64,000 bases of DNA from an uncultured delta proteobacterium. Its GTDB lineage: Bacteria; Desulfobacterota; BSN033; UBA1163. The stretch spans positions 256,001 through 320,000 of the forward strand of contig CAVPSJ010000008.1 in assembly GCA_963708295.1 (NCBI GenBank). Reading direction: 5' to 3'. The notes beneath the pieces are model-generated. The model was not told where the DNA came from, searched no databases, and worked only from the letters and a program-made list of their open reading frames with translations. This document shows, piece after piece, positions 1 to 10,187 of this stretch; within the stretch, counting starts at the first letter, position 1, and every line of letters begins with the position of its first letter. A program made the position numbers and the translations under genes.

Positions 1-82
1 TTCTCGTTAACTTGGCGGTTTATGATGTAGTCGGAAGGAAAACACGCAGGCCAGCCAAGGATCTCTAAAAGGAGGAAAAATC

Positions 83-1528
83 ATGGAACACAAGAGACCA
101 ATCAAAACGATTCTCATTGCTTTGCTACTCGTAGGGTCCATACTTGGACTGGGGTACGGGATATCAACGGCAGTCAAACCCTCTAACTCACCGATCGCAC
201 CGGCGACGGCTGTTTCCGAAGCTCCCATGATCCCGGCAAACTTTACGGATCTTGCAAGAACGGTCCGTCCCGGGGTCGTCAATATCCAGGTGGTTAAAAA
301 AGTAAAGAACGTTGGTTTTGGATTCCATAGTTTTGGAGGGAATCCTTTCGGGGATTTTTTTGGGCCTTTCTTCGAGGGGAATCCGCCCCGTAGCTTCGAA
401 CAGCGGGGTGTCGGCTCGGGGTTTGTCATGAACCAGGACGGATATGTTCTCACCAATAACCATGTGGTCGAAGACGCTGATCAGATCAAAGTGAAGCTCG
501 CAAATGAAAAAGAGTATGATGGGAAGGTCGTAGGCCGCGATCCGAAAACCGACCTGGCTCTCGTGAAAATTAACGGAGCCTCGGACCTGCACGCTCTCCA
601 GATGGGGAATTCAGATAACCTGAAAGTGGGCAGCTGGGTGGTGGCGGTCGGGAGCCCATTCGGATTGGAACAGACCGTGACGGCGGGCATTGTCAGCGCC
701 AAGGGAAGGGTGATTGGCTCCGGGCCGTATGACGACTTCATTCAGACGGATGCCTCGATCAATCCGGGCAACAGCGGAGGTCCGCTGATCAACATGAAAG
801 GGGAGGTGGTAGGCATTAATACCGCCATCATCGCTTCAGGCCAGGGGATTGGATTTGCGATTCCGATCAACATGGCCAAAGAGATTGTTCCCCAGCTCCA
901 AGACAAGGGACATGTGACCCGGGGCTGGTTGGGTGTCAGCATCCAGGAGGTGACTCCGGAGCTGGCCAAATCATTTAGTCTCAAAGAAAAGAAAGGGGCA
1001 CTGGTTGCCCAGGTCGTTTCAGGCAGCCCGGCGGAGAAAGCGGGAATCGAACAGGGAGATGTTCTCGTAGAATTTGATGGTAAAGAAATTGCCGATTCTA
1101 AAGACCTACCCCGGATGGTTGCCTCCACTCCAGTCGGGAAAGCCGTTACCGTTAAGCTATCGAGGAACGGAAAAGTTCTTGATCGACAAGTAAAGGTAGG
1201 CGAGATGGAAGAGAAAGCAGAGGTGGCCAAAACTCCTTCCAGCAAGAAATCCTTGGGGATCACCGTCCAGGATCTTACCCCTGACGTTGCAAAAGGTCTT
1301 GGCCTGAGAAAAGACACAGGCGTGGTAGTGACCGGCGTTGAACCCGGAAGCCCGGCAGCCGATGCAGGAATTCGGACAGGCGATGTCATTCGAGAGGTCA
1401 ACCGAAAACCGGTTAAAGACGTGCAAGATTTCATTCAAAAGATCGAGAAGGCCAAGGATCAGGATAACGTTCTTCTTTTTCTTCAGAGAGGGCAGAACAA
1501 TCTGTTTGCCGCTGTAACACCAAAGTAA
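83..1528 (+). CDS. degP: DegP/DegQ (HtrA/Do) serine protease with two PDZ domains
   Basis: Motifs TNNHVV, DLA and GNSGGPL (catalytic His/Asp/Ser); two PDZ domains; N-terminal hydrophobic segment; RBS AGGAGG upstream. Confidence 0.93.
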   Translation: MEHKRPIKTILIALLLVGSILGLGYGISTAVKPSNSPIAPATAVSEAPMIPANFTDLARTVRPGVVNIQVVKKVKNVGFGFHSFGGNPFGDFFGPFFEGNPPRSFEQRGVGSGFVMNQDGYVLTNNHVVEDADQIKVKLANEKEYDGKVVGRDPKTDLALVKINGASDLHALQMGNSDNLKVGSWVVAVGSPFGLEQTVTAGIVSAKGRVIGSGPYDDFIQTDASINPGNSGGPLINMKGEVVGINTAIIASGQGIGFAIPINMAKEIVPQLQDKGHVTRGWLGVSIQEVTPELAKSFSLKEKKGALVAQVVSGSPAEKAGIEQGDVLVEFDGKEIADSKDLPRMVASTPVGKAVTVKLSRNGKVLDRQVKVGEMEEKAEVAKTPSSKKSLGITVQDLTPDVAKGLGLRKDTGVVVTGVEPGSPAADAGIRTGDVIREVNRKPVKDVQDFIQKIEKAKDQDNVLLFLQRGQNNLFAAVTPK

Positions 1529-1534
1529 TTGTGT

Positions 1535-1584
1535 GAACCCTGATCGGATGGTCTGAAAATCACTCCGATCAGGGTTCTTTCTTT
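1535..1584 (+). terminator. Intrinsic terminator after htrA
   Basis: GAACCCTGATCGGA (1535-1548) pairs perfectly with TCCGATCAGGGTTC (1564-1577), followed by TTTCTTT. Confidence 0.8.
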
Positions 1585-1687
1585 GGCAGGCGCCTCAAAA
1601 AGCACGGGCTCATATCAGAATGTCATTTAAGTTTTTTCGCCAGTTTGGACCCTTAGCAGAAGGGACTACCTCGGAGGTGAGAGAAAG

Positions 1688-1888
1688 ATGAATAGAAAAA
1701 TTATCATCAAGGCAGGTGATTTCAACAAGGAGATCTCTTCTTTCCTCGCAGAAGTAGGAGGGGATATGCCCATCGACTGGGACATAGAGGCCTTGGACAA
1801 AGTGAAGAGCGCCGTTGTTGAAGCCTTTACGAAGATGGGAGTTGGGATTGAGGTGGACGACCGATTTCCAACAACAGTTCATCCGTAA
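1688..1888 (+). CDS. Small hypothetical protein (66 aa)
   Basis: Strong RBS GGAGGTGA 7 nt before ATG; protein-like composition; sits alone in an intergenic gap. Confidence 0.65.
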   Translation: MNRKIIIKAGDFNKEISSFLAEVGGDMPIDWDIEALDKVKSAVVEAFTKMGVGIEVDDRFPTTVHP

Positions 1889-2050
1889 TTATCCTTTCGG
1901 CGTTTGATCCGGTTCAATATCCAGAAGCGGGGAGGCTCGCCCCGGTTAGAGGTAAATCTCTAAGGGGGGTAAAGGGGACGGGTCACTCTTCTGATTAGAA
2001 AGCCGCTGTCGCCTGAATTATCAAATTCCTAGATCCCCGATTTCCAACGC

Positions 2051-4312
2051 CTACATTACCGAAGCAGGAATTGTAGTCACTGGGAGATCAATTCCATCTC
2101 CACCCCAACCCACTCCGTAGGGTGAACCCCCTGAAGAAGGGACGATATACCAGCCTCCGGTGCTGGTCCGATAAATGGCAATGTCTGTCTTCCCATCCCC
2201 ATCATAATCTCCTGAAACAGGTTTATCAGAGGCATCTCCACCCCATCCGACGCCATAGGGAGTATCCGGCGCCGAAGAGGGGATGATATACCATCCACCG
2301 TTGCTGGTCCTGTAGATAGCTACATCGGCTTTGCCATCCCCGTCGTAGTCTCCTGGGACAGGCGTGAACCCAAATCCCCCCCAGTCCACTCCATAGGCTC
2401 CACCACCTGAAGAAGGAATAATCCACCAAGCTCCGCTGCTGCTATCGTAGATGGCAATATCAGTCTTCCCATCTCCATCGTAATCTGCAGGCGCAGGTTT
2501 GAAAGCTGACCCGCCCCAGCCGACTCCGTAAGCTCCAGCACCTGAAGAAGGAATGATCCACCAAGCACCGGCGGTCGTATCATAGATCGCGATGTCGGTC
2601 TTTGCATCTCCGTCATAATCTGCATGAACCGGTGTAAATCCCGGTCCGCCCCAGCCCACTCCGTAGGCCCCGGTACCCGAAGAGGGAATGATCCACCAAA
2701 CACCGGTGGTCGTATCGTAGACGGCAATATCGGTCTTCCCATCGCCGTCATAATCTCCAGCGGAAGGTATGTAAGAATCTCCACCCCAGCCTACTCCGTA
2801 AGGGGGGCTGTCCCCAGACGGATAAATATACCAGGCCCCATTGCTGGCTCGGTAGATAGCTATGTCAGTCTCTCCATCCATATCAAAATCAACAGATCGG
2901 TTGGGAATCGATACCGCAAAGCTGACTGCATTCCCGGCTGCTGAAATATTTCTGACATCCACTCCTGTTGCTGTTTCATTATAGCGTTGACTCCCAGGAG
3001 TGGTGTAGGAGCTAAAGGTTTTACCGGTGGTGTAATAGTCGGCGGCATCCGCCGAACCTCCTGCTTCGATCTCTTCAAGCCCATCCGCCTCCATGAGGCG
3101 TAACAATTTATGCTCGGCGTAAGAGTTGTTGTATAGAAAATTCGTTCCCGAGGCATTGAGGCGAGCATCTACATGCCAGATTAAAAGTCCATCGTTCGGG
3201 TAGGGTGTATCATTGGCCGCGCGATACCGATTCTGAATCATAAAGAATTCAGCGAACTGGTTTCCCTGTAAGGCACCGGGCATCACGACCAAAGCGTCTT
3301 CCGAAGTCGCAGAAGGATTCAGGGTTAAGTTCTGAAGACCCGATTTGTGGACAGTCGGATTTATCCAGTCCAACAGGAATTTGCTGAAACAGTTGTGATC
3401 CCCCCGATTCGCATCCATCATATCGAGGCCTCCCACCCCTCCATCAGGTCCCACGCTGCCATCGTAGTCATAATAGTCCGGTAAACCCAATGCGTGGCCT
3501 GTTTCATGGATGGCTACTGTGGAACTGAAAGGTCCGGGGTAGTTGTAGGCCGCCCACTGCCAGGAATAGGTGTCAAGCCTCTTCCCATCCAAACGATAAG
3601 AGGAATCCGAAAAAGTGGTCATGTACCCCCACCAGAAACTTGCCCACGCTCCATGAGGGCCTGTCCAGATCACGATCAGATAGTCGATGGTCCCATCGCC
3701 GTCGTTATCATACTGGGCAAAGTCATGGCCTAAGCCTTCGTAGTAATTGAGCGCCTCCTTAATAAGGTTTTGTCGGCCCTGAGTTGTTTGCGGCACATTG
3801 CCACGGGGATAAGAAGTCCGATACCATCCAAGCACGTTTCCCTGTATCTCAAGCTTGTTGTAGGATGAACGTTGATAATAATTGCGAAGACTTTCGTAGG
3901 GAGGTCCAATCGTGCCATTCCCAAAAAGTTTTGACGCAATGGTAGCAGCGCTATCAACACCAACATCCGTTTCAGGATAATCGCTAAAAGCGATGAGCAA
4001 GGCGAGAACTTTCACTGTTCCCGAAGTGGGCATGCCGCGCCACGCAGGAGGAGGTGCAAGAATCTGATCGATCTCCGATGGACTCATCCCATCCCTTTGC
4101 AAAGAGATTCGCCTCAACCGGTGTTGGGCCCGGGCTACAAGGCTTTCGGATGTGAGATGGTTTCCAAGGGCCTTGGCCTCAGCGATACGGGAAGCCAAAG
4201 AGCCGTCGCTTCGATACTCCTCGATTTGCTCTTTTGTTGGAGCTTCAAGGGCTGAAACCATACGACAGAGGAAGATGAGCAATAACCCTATGGCAGGAGC
4301 TACTCTTTTCAT
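2051..4312 (-). CDS. Secreted M6 (immune inhibitor A-like) metalloprotease with C-terminal FG-GAP/VCBS-like repeat tail
   Basis: Signal peptide; HETGHALGLPDYYD zinc motif; YDNDGDG motif; tail of D(F/Y)DGDGKTDIAIY...WWIIPSS...YGVGWGG repeats over ~2051-2890. Confidence 0.9.
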   Translation of the reverse strand: MKRVAPAIGLLLIFLCRMVSALEAPTKEQIEEYRSDGSLASRIAEAKALGNHLTSESLVARAQHRLRRISLQRDGMSPSEIDQILAPPPAWRGMPTSGTVKVLALLIAFSDYPETDVGVDSAATIASKLFGNGTIGPPYESLRNYYQRSSYNKLEIQGNVLGWYRTSYPRGNVPQTTQGRQNLIKEALNYYEGLGHDFAQYDNDGDGTIDYLIVIWTGPHGAWASFWWGYMTTFSDSSYRLDGKRLDTYSWQWAAYNYPGPFSSTVAIHETGHALGLPDYYDYDGSVGPDGGVGGLDMMDANRGDHNCFSKFLLDWINPTVHKSGLQNLTLNPSATSEDALVVMPGALQGNQFAEFFMIQNRYRAANDTPYPNDGLLIWHVDARLNASGTNFLYNNSYAEHKLLRLMEADGLEEIEAGGSADAADYYTTGKTFSSYTTPGSQRYNETATGVDVRNISAAGNAVSFAVSIPNRSVDFDMDGETDIAIYRASNGAWYIYPSGDSPPYGVGWGGDSYIPSAGDYDGDGKTDIAVYDTTTGVWWIIPSSGTGAYGVGWGGPGFTPVHADYDGDAKTDIAIYDTTAGAWWIIPSSGAGAYGVGWGGSAFKPAPADYDGDGKTDIAIYDSSSGAWWIIPSSGGGAYGVDWGGFGFTPVPGDYDGDGKADVAIYRTSNGGWYIIPSSAPDTPYGVGWGGDASDKPVSGDYDGDGKTDIAIYRTSTGGWYIVPSSGGSPYGVGWGGDGIDLPVTTIPASVM

Positions 4313-4360
4313 CTTTCAATCTCCGATTGACTTTCGATAGTCTCGTCCGCTGCCATTACA

Positions 4361-4376
4361 AGCATTTAGTGTGCCA
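4361..4376 (-). promoter_or_regulatory. Sigma54 (-24/-12) promoter of the M6 protease gene
   Basis: Minus strand TGGCACACTAAATGCT = GG-N10-GC, ~50 nt upstream of ATG; IHF-like AATCCA-N4-TTA at 4391-4403. Confidence 0.7.
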
Positions 4377-4489
4377 CGGCGTCAAAAACATAACTAATGG
4401 ATTACAAAAGATTTTTCTAAATGGTTCCGGTATCTATTTGCTCAAAAAGGACAAAAAGGTAAGGCATGATGGATTTTTGGGCAGAATTC

Positions 4490-4546
4490 TGCAGAAAACG
4501 AAAGAAGGGATGCAGCCTGAATAATCGTCAGAAGCTGCATCCCTTC
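4490..4546 (-). terminator. Intrinsic terminator for the upstream minus-strand genes
   Basis: Perfect 13-bp inverted repeat GAAGGGATGCAGC (4504-4516) / GCTGCATCCCTTC (4534-4546), followed on the minus strand by TTTCGTTTT. Confidence 0.75.
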
Positions 4547-4588
4547 CGTCTCAAGTTAACAAATCATACCTGAAAAACTTCAATCAAA

Positions 4589-4924
4589 CTAATCAGGGTT
4601 TGTCGTCAACGGTACATCGGACGCATCTCCACCCCAACCTATGCCATAGTAACTTCCGTCGGAAGAGTAAATAATCAACCATCCGCCATCGCTGCCCTGA
4701 TAAATGGCCACATCGGTTTTCCCATCTCCGTCATAGTCTCCCGGAACAGGTGTGAATCCAGATCCGCCCCAGCCCACACCATAGGCCTCGGTTCCCGAAG
4801 AGGGAATAATCCACCAAGCACCCGTACCGGCGTGGTAAATTGCAATGTCCGTCTTTCCATCCCCGTCATAGTCCCCAGGCACAGGTTTGAAAGCTGACCC
4901 GCCCCAACCGACTCCGTAAGCCGG
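4589..4924 (-). pseudogene. Orphan 5'-truncated FG-GAP-like tail (about 2.5 repeats)
   Basis: Frame starts mid-repeat (PAYGVGWGG...) directly after an in-frame TAA, with no RBS or signal peptide; ends ...WGGDASDVPLTTNPD. Confidence 0.75.
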
Positions 4925-4955
4925 TTAAATTCTTCAATCTTTCTGCTACCTATTT

Positions 4956-6991
4956 TTATAAGGCTGGATTTGCAGTCAAAGGGATATCAGATGCATCTCC
5001 TCCCCAACCCACTCCGTAGGGTGAACCGCCCGAGGAAGGAATGATCCACCAGGCACCCGTGCTGCCCTGATAGATCGCAATATCGGTCTTTCCATCTCCA
5101 TCATAATCACCAGGAACAAGGGTGAATCCGGACCCACCCCAGCCAACTCCATAAGGAGGAGCACCCGAAGAGGGGATGATCCACCAGGCACCGCTGGCAG
5201 TGTTATAGATGGCAATGTCAGTCTTTCGGTCTCCATCATAGTCCCCGGGAATAGGTGTAAATGCAGTTCCACCCCAACCCACTCCATAGGGAGGGGGAGT
5301 CCCAGTAAGAATCCCAGAAGAGGGGATGATCCACCAGGTACCGGTACTGGCCTGGTAGATAGCGACATCGACCTTTCCGTCTCCATCATAATCACCAGGA
5401 ACAGGGGTGAATCCGGATCCACCCCAGCCAACTCCATAAGGAGGAGCACCCGAAGAGGGGATGATCCACCAGGCGCCGCTGGCAGTGTCATAGATGGCAA
5501 TATCAGTCTTTCGGTCTCCGTCATAGTCCCCGGGAACAGGTTTAAAAGCTGACCCACCCCAACCTACTCCGTAAGCGCCAACGCCCGAAGAGGGGATGAT
5601 CCACCAGGCGCCGGCGGTGGTATCATAGATCGCGATATCGGTCTTCCCGTCTCCATCATAGTCTCCAGGAACAGGTGTGAATCCGGGTCCACCCCAGCCA
5701 ATCCCATAAGCCGGAGCACCTGAAGAAGGGATGATCCACCAAGCACCCGTGCTCAGGCGATACACGGCAATATCGGTTTTTCCATCCCCGTCAAAATCCC
5801 CGGTTACCGGAGCGGTGATTCTATAGATGTCTCCGGCGATATAATCAGCTAAATAAAGCTCACCCGCTTCGTCTTCTCCAAAACTGGTAATGGCGAAAGG
5901 AGAGTCGAGGAGCAAGCTGTTTTCCCAGACCGCACCATTACGTTTCAGTCCCCAAATTCTTCCTGTACAGTTCGTCCCCATAGAAATAGATGCCCGTCAT
6001 CTGGGGATGGAGATTCCCGCGGTAAACAAAACCCCCGATCACCGAGCAATCTCCCTGCGTATGATCGTACTCAACCACCGGCAATGTTAACCCTGTCTGA
6101 TTACATGTGGGGAGAGGATTGTTGAAATCAAGTTTGTTGAAACAATGAAACCCTTCCATGATGCTCCAACCGTAGTTTTGACCGCCCGGGCTGGCAGCGG
6201 GCTGAAAATCTACCTCTTCAAAGAGGTTCTGGCCGACGTCTCCAATATAAAGGTCTCCGGTCAATCGATCGAAGGAGAACCGGAAAGGGTTTCGTAGTCC
6301 GAGGGCCCAAATTTCCGGAAGAAAACCCTGGGTTGCGACGAAAGGATTGCTTGTAGGGATTACGTAGGTGTTCGATTCTTGGGTTAACCACGGATTCGAC
6401 ATCAATCCGCAGGATTTTCCCTAAGAAGGTGTTGGGATTTTGGCCATTATTATTAGGATCTCCGCCACTCCCTCCGTCACCGGTTCCAATGTATAAAAAG
6501 CCATCCGGGCCAAATGCCAATTGGCCACCATTGTGATTTGTAAAGGTTGGGTGCAAAAAGGTTTGAAGGATGACCTCACTGTTGGGATCGGCCACATCAG
6601 GATTGGCTGTTAGAAAATAGCGCGCCGCGACATTATCCCCATTTAAATTCGTATAATAGACGTAGAAATAACCCTTCGCATTAAATTGGGGTGGAAAGGC
6701 CACGCTAAGCAAGCCCTGCTCTCCGCCGAAGAGAACCCGATTGGCGCCGGTACTACTGATGTCCAGGAAAGGGGTCGCAAGCAGGACGCCGTTTTTGACA
6801 ATTCGTATTCGCCCTGGTTGTTCGACAATAAACAATCGGCCGCTTCCATCTCCGGCATGGGTGATATGAACAGGAAAACTCAGGCCGCTTATTTGCCTAT
6901 TAAGGGATATAGCAGGAAACTGAGCACCTGCTTGGGATGGAAGAAAGAGCAGAAAGAATCCCAGGAGTAGAAGGCAACGCATACCCTTCAT
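4956..6991 (-). CDS. Secreted glucose/sorbosone dehydrogenase (PQQ-dependent sugar dehydrogenase family) with FG-GAP-like tail; split by 2 frameshifts
   Basis: ORFs 6218-7045, 5938-6405 and 4956-5981 join into one protein: signal peptide MKGMRCLLLL, GEQGLLSVAF, NHNGGQLAFGPDG, GLRNPFRFSFD, SFGEDEAGELY; tail 4956-5798. Confidence 0.85.
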
Positions 6992-7113
6992 TTCAACTGT
7001 TCTCCTCTCATGTCGAAAGATCTTTATCTCCAAATATGCCTCCAACTCAAAAAGGAGGCAGTCTTAGCCCCGCTTCCGCTTTTTTAGAGGAAAGATAAAA
7101 CCCTTCTGACAAT

Positions 7114-9300
7114 TCAATAAATCGAAGAAAAATTCGCAGTCAAAGGGATATCAGATGCATCTCCACCCCAACCTACTCCATAGGTTCCAGTGCCTGAAGA
7201 GGGGATGATCCACCAGGTACCGGTACCGACCTGGTAGATAGCGACATCGGCCCTTCCATCTCCATCGTAATCTCCAGGAACAGGTATATATCCAGAACCA
7301 CCCCATCCCACTCCGTAGGGTGCGCCAGTAGGGGCGCTGGGTGTGACAGTTGAGGAAGGAATAATCCACCAAACCCCGGTGGTTTCCTGGTAAATTGCAA
7401 TGTCGGTTTTCCCGTCGCCATCATAATCTGCAGGGAGAGGTGTGAATCCAGGTCCACCCCAACCCACTCCGTAGGCGGAAGCCCCAGAAGATGGAATGAT
7501 CCACCAGGCACCGTTGGTGGAATTGTAGATGGCGATGTCAGTTCTTCCATCGCCATCATAATCTGCAGGGAGAGGTGTGAATCCAGTTCCGCCCCAACCC
7601 ACTCCATAGGCTCCAGCACCTGAAGAAGGAATAATCCACCAGGCGCCGCTGGTGGAATTGTAGATGGCGATGTCAGTTCTTCCATCGCCATCATAATCTG
7701 CAGGGAGAGGTGTGAATCCAGTTCCGCCCCAACCCACTCCATAGGGAGGCGGAGTCCCACTAGGAATCCCTGAAGAAGGAATAATCCACCAGGCGCCGCT
7801 GGTGGAGTCGTAAATGGCAATGTCTGTTTTTCCATCCCCATCATAATCCCCGGGAACAGGCTTGAACGCAGATCCACCCCAACCAACCCCGTACCCAGCA
7901 GCACTCGAAGAGGGGATGACCCACCAGACACCTGTCCCGGGGCGGTAGATGCTGATATCAGTTTTTCCATCCCCATCAAAGTCAACGAGGCGGGTTTGGA
8001 CCTTTGCCAGGTAAATCCCTTGTTGCACAGCTCCCACAGCTCCAAAGACCACATTGCCGCCGCTAATCGCCGGGTCGGAGAAACCGGCGAAATTTTCTGA
8101 CGCGCCTGGGATTGGAGTATTGGTATCCGCCACTTTTTTCAGAGTAGTCCCATTGAAGAGATAAATCCCTTGTTGTACCGTCCCAAACGCTGTAAAGGCT
8201 ATGTTGCCACCGCTCATCACGGGGTCGAAGAAATAAGCGAAATTTTCTGACGCGCCTGGGATTGGAGTATTGGTATCCGCCACTTTGCTCAGGGTAGTCC
8301 CATTGAAGAGATAAATCCCCTCTTGTTCGGCGTTGTCCCCCCAAAAGGCCACGTTGCCGCCGCTAATCACCGGGGCAGAGAAATAGGCGAAATTTTCAGA
8401 TCCGCCTGGGATTGGAGTATTGGTATCCGCCACTTTGCTCAGGGTGGTCCCATTGAAGAGATAAATCCCTTGTTGTACCGTCCCGAACGCTGTAAAGGCT
8501 ATGTTGCCACCGCTTATCACGGGGTCGAAGAAATAAGCGAAATTTTCAGATCCGCCTGGGATTGGAGTATTGGTATCCGCCACTTTGCTCAGGGTAGTCC
8601 CATTGAACAGATAAATCCCCTCTTGTTCGGCGTTGTCCCCCCAAAAGGCCACGTTGCCGCCGCTAACCACCGGGGTAGAAAAATAGGCGAAATTTTCAGA
8701 TCCGCCTGGGATTGGAGTATTGGTATCCGCCACTTTACTCAGGGTGGTCCCATTGAAGAGATAAATCCCTTGTTGTACCGTCCCAAACGCTGTAAAGGCC
8801 ACGTTGCCGCCGCTCATCACCGGGTCGAAGAAATAAGCGAAATTTTCAGATCCGCCTGGGATTGGAGTATTGGTATCCGCCACTTTGCTCAGGGTAGTCC
8901 CATTGAACAGATAAATCCCCTCTTGTTCGGCGTTGCTCCCCCAAAAGGCCACGTTGCCGCCACTAACCACCGGGGTAGAAAAATAGGTGAAATTTTCAGA
9001 TCCGCCTGGGATTGGAGTATTGGTATCCGCCACTTTAATCAGAGTGGTTCCTTTGAATAGGTAAATTCCATCTTGCTCAGACTCCCCTCCTGCGTGAAAA
9101 GCCACGTTGTCCCCGTTGACCGTGTAGGGCGGGGGGGAGCCGTACGAGAAATACGTGAAGTTTCCCAACCCACCTGGGATAGGGGTACTGGTATCCGCTA
9201 CTTTGGTCAGAACGAAGGGCTGTGCCCCTGCTTGGGAGGGAATAATACACAAAAAGAAAAGTGCCGCTGACGTAAGCAAACCTAGATTTCCCTTTTTCAT
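7114..9300 (-). CDS. Secreted tandem-repeat (probable beta-propeller) protein with FG-GAP-like tail
   Basis: Signal peptide ending AGA-Q; eight ~50-aa repeats KVADTNTPIPGG...SGGNVAF...GIYL; tail 7114-7983; RBS AGGAGG. Confidence 0.88.
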   Translation of the reverse strand: MKKGNLGLLTSAALFFLCIIPSQAGAQPFVLTKVADTSTPIPGGLGNFTYFSYGSPPPYTVNGDNVAFHAGGESEQDGIYLFKGTTLIKVADTNTPIPGGSENFTYFSTPVVSGGNVAFWGSNAEQEGIYLFNGTTLSKVADTNTPIPGGSENFAYFFDPVMSGGNVAFTAFGTVQQGIYLFNGTTLSKVADTNTPIPGGSENFAYFSTPVVSGGNVAFWGDNAEQEGIYLFNGTTLSKVADTNTPIPGGSENFAYFFDPVISGGNIAFTAFGTVQQGIYLFNGTTLSKVADTNTPIPGGSENFAYFSAPVISGGNVAFWGDNAEQEGIYLFNGTTLSKVADTNTPIPGASENFAYFFDPVMSGGNIAFTAFGTVQQGIYLFNGTTLKKVADTNTPIPGASENFAGFSDPAISGGNVVFGAVGAVQQGIYLAKVQTRLVDFDGDGKTDISIYRPGTGVWWVIPSSSAAGYGVGWGGSAFKPVPGDYDGDGKTDIAIYDSTSGAWWIIPSSGIPSGTPPPYGVGWGGTGFTPLPADYDGDGRTDIAIYNSTSGAWWIIPSSGAGAYGVGWGGTGFTPLPADYDGDGRTDIAIYNSTNGAWWIIPSSGASAYGVGWGGPGFTPLPADYDGDGKTDIAIYQETTGVWWIIPSSTVTPSAPTGAPYGVGWGGSGYIPVPGDYDGDGRADVAIYQVGTGTWWIIPSSGTGTYGVGWGGDASDIPLTANFSSIY
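8000..9210 (-). repeat. Coding tandem repeat, 150-nt unit with alternating A/B types (300-nt higher-order period)
   Basis: The block GCCTGGGATTGGAGTATTGGTATCCGCCACTTT recurs every 150 nt; lines 8101, 8401, 8701 and 9001 start near-identically. Confidence 0.92.
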
Positions 9301-9663
9301 TGAACCCTCCTTACCTCAGACCCAACGGTCCTTTCCTCGCCGCTGAAACGGGAGTGAGACTTCGGGTCAAACTTGATTATTGACATTCTTTTTCCTTTTC
9401 GTCACTTTAGGTGAATTTGACAAGAAAGCCCGGCTTCCAAGTGGCGAGAGAATGGAGGCCTGGCGTCGATTCCATTGTTCTGCATCCTCATAAGGCAAAG
9501 AAATACAGAGTTAATTAAGCAAGATCTTATGACCGTGGGGACGGAAGATAAATAAGGTGAACCTTGTATTTTTAGAGCTTAAATGGTGTATTTTTGCAAC
9601 GCCAACGATTTTTTCTCTTTTTTGGGTTAGTGAAATCCGTTATCATAGTGCCGCCCGATCTCA

Positions 9664-10065
9664 TTATAGGGAACATAAAATAGGTCTGCAATCCACTCCA
9701 TAGGGAGGCGGAGTCCCAGTAGGAATCCCCGAAGAGGGGATAATCCCTTTCGCATTAAAACCGGGGGGAAAGGCCACACTGAGCAGTCCTTGCTCACCAC
9801 CGGATAATACCCTGTTGGCGCCGGTACTACTGATGTCCAGAAAAGGGGTCGCAAGCAGGACGCCGTTTCTGGCAATTCCCATTCGCCCTGGTTGTTCGAC
9901 AATAAACAACCGTCCGCTTCCATCACCGGCATGGGTGATATGAACAGGAAGACTTAGGCCGCTTATTTGTTTATTAAGGGATATAGCAGGAAACTGAGCG
10001 CCTGCTTGAGATGGAAGGAAGAGCAAAAAGAATCCCAGAAGCAGAAGGCAACGCATGCCCTTCAT
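9664..10065 (-). pseudogene. Truncated copy of the sugar dehydrogenase gene, fused to a tail fragment
   Basis: First ~107 aa nearly identical to the 6991 gene (MKGMRCLLLL...FNAKG), then jumps to IIPSSGIPTGTPPPYGV and ends. Confidence 0.85.
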
Positions 10066-10187
10066 TTCAACTGGTCTCCCCTCATGTCGAAAGATCTTTA
10101 TCTACAAATATGCCTCCAACTCAAAAAGGGGGCAGTCTTGGCCCCGCTTCCGTTTTTTTAGAGGAAAGATAAAACCCTTCTGACACT

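Noticed and set aside
9390-9425. c-di-GMP-I riboswitch-like words (GTCAAA...GTGACGAAAAG) on the minus strand
   Set aside because: Lacks the GNRA-capped P2 stem and a recognisable P3; the similarity is too weak.
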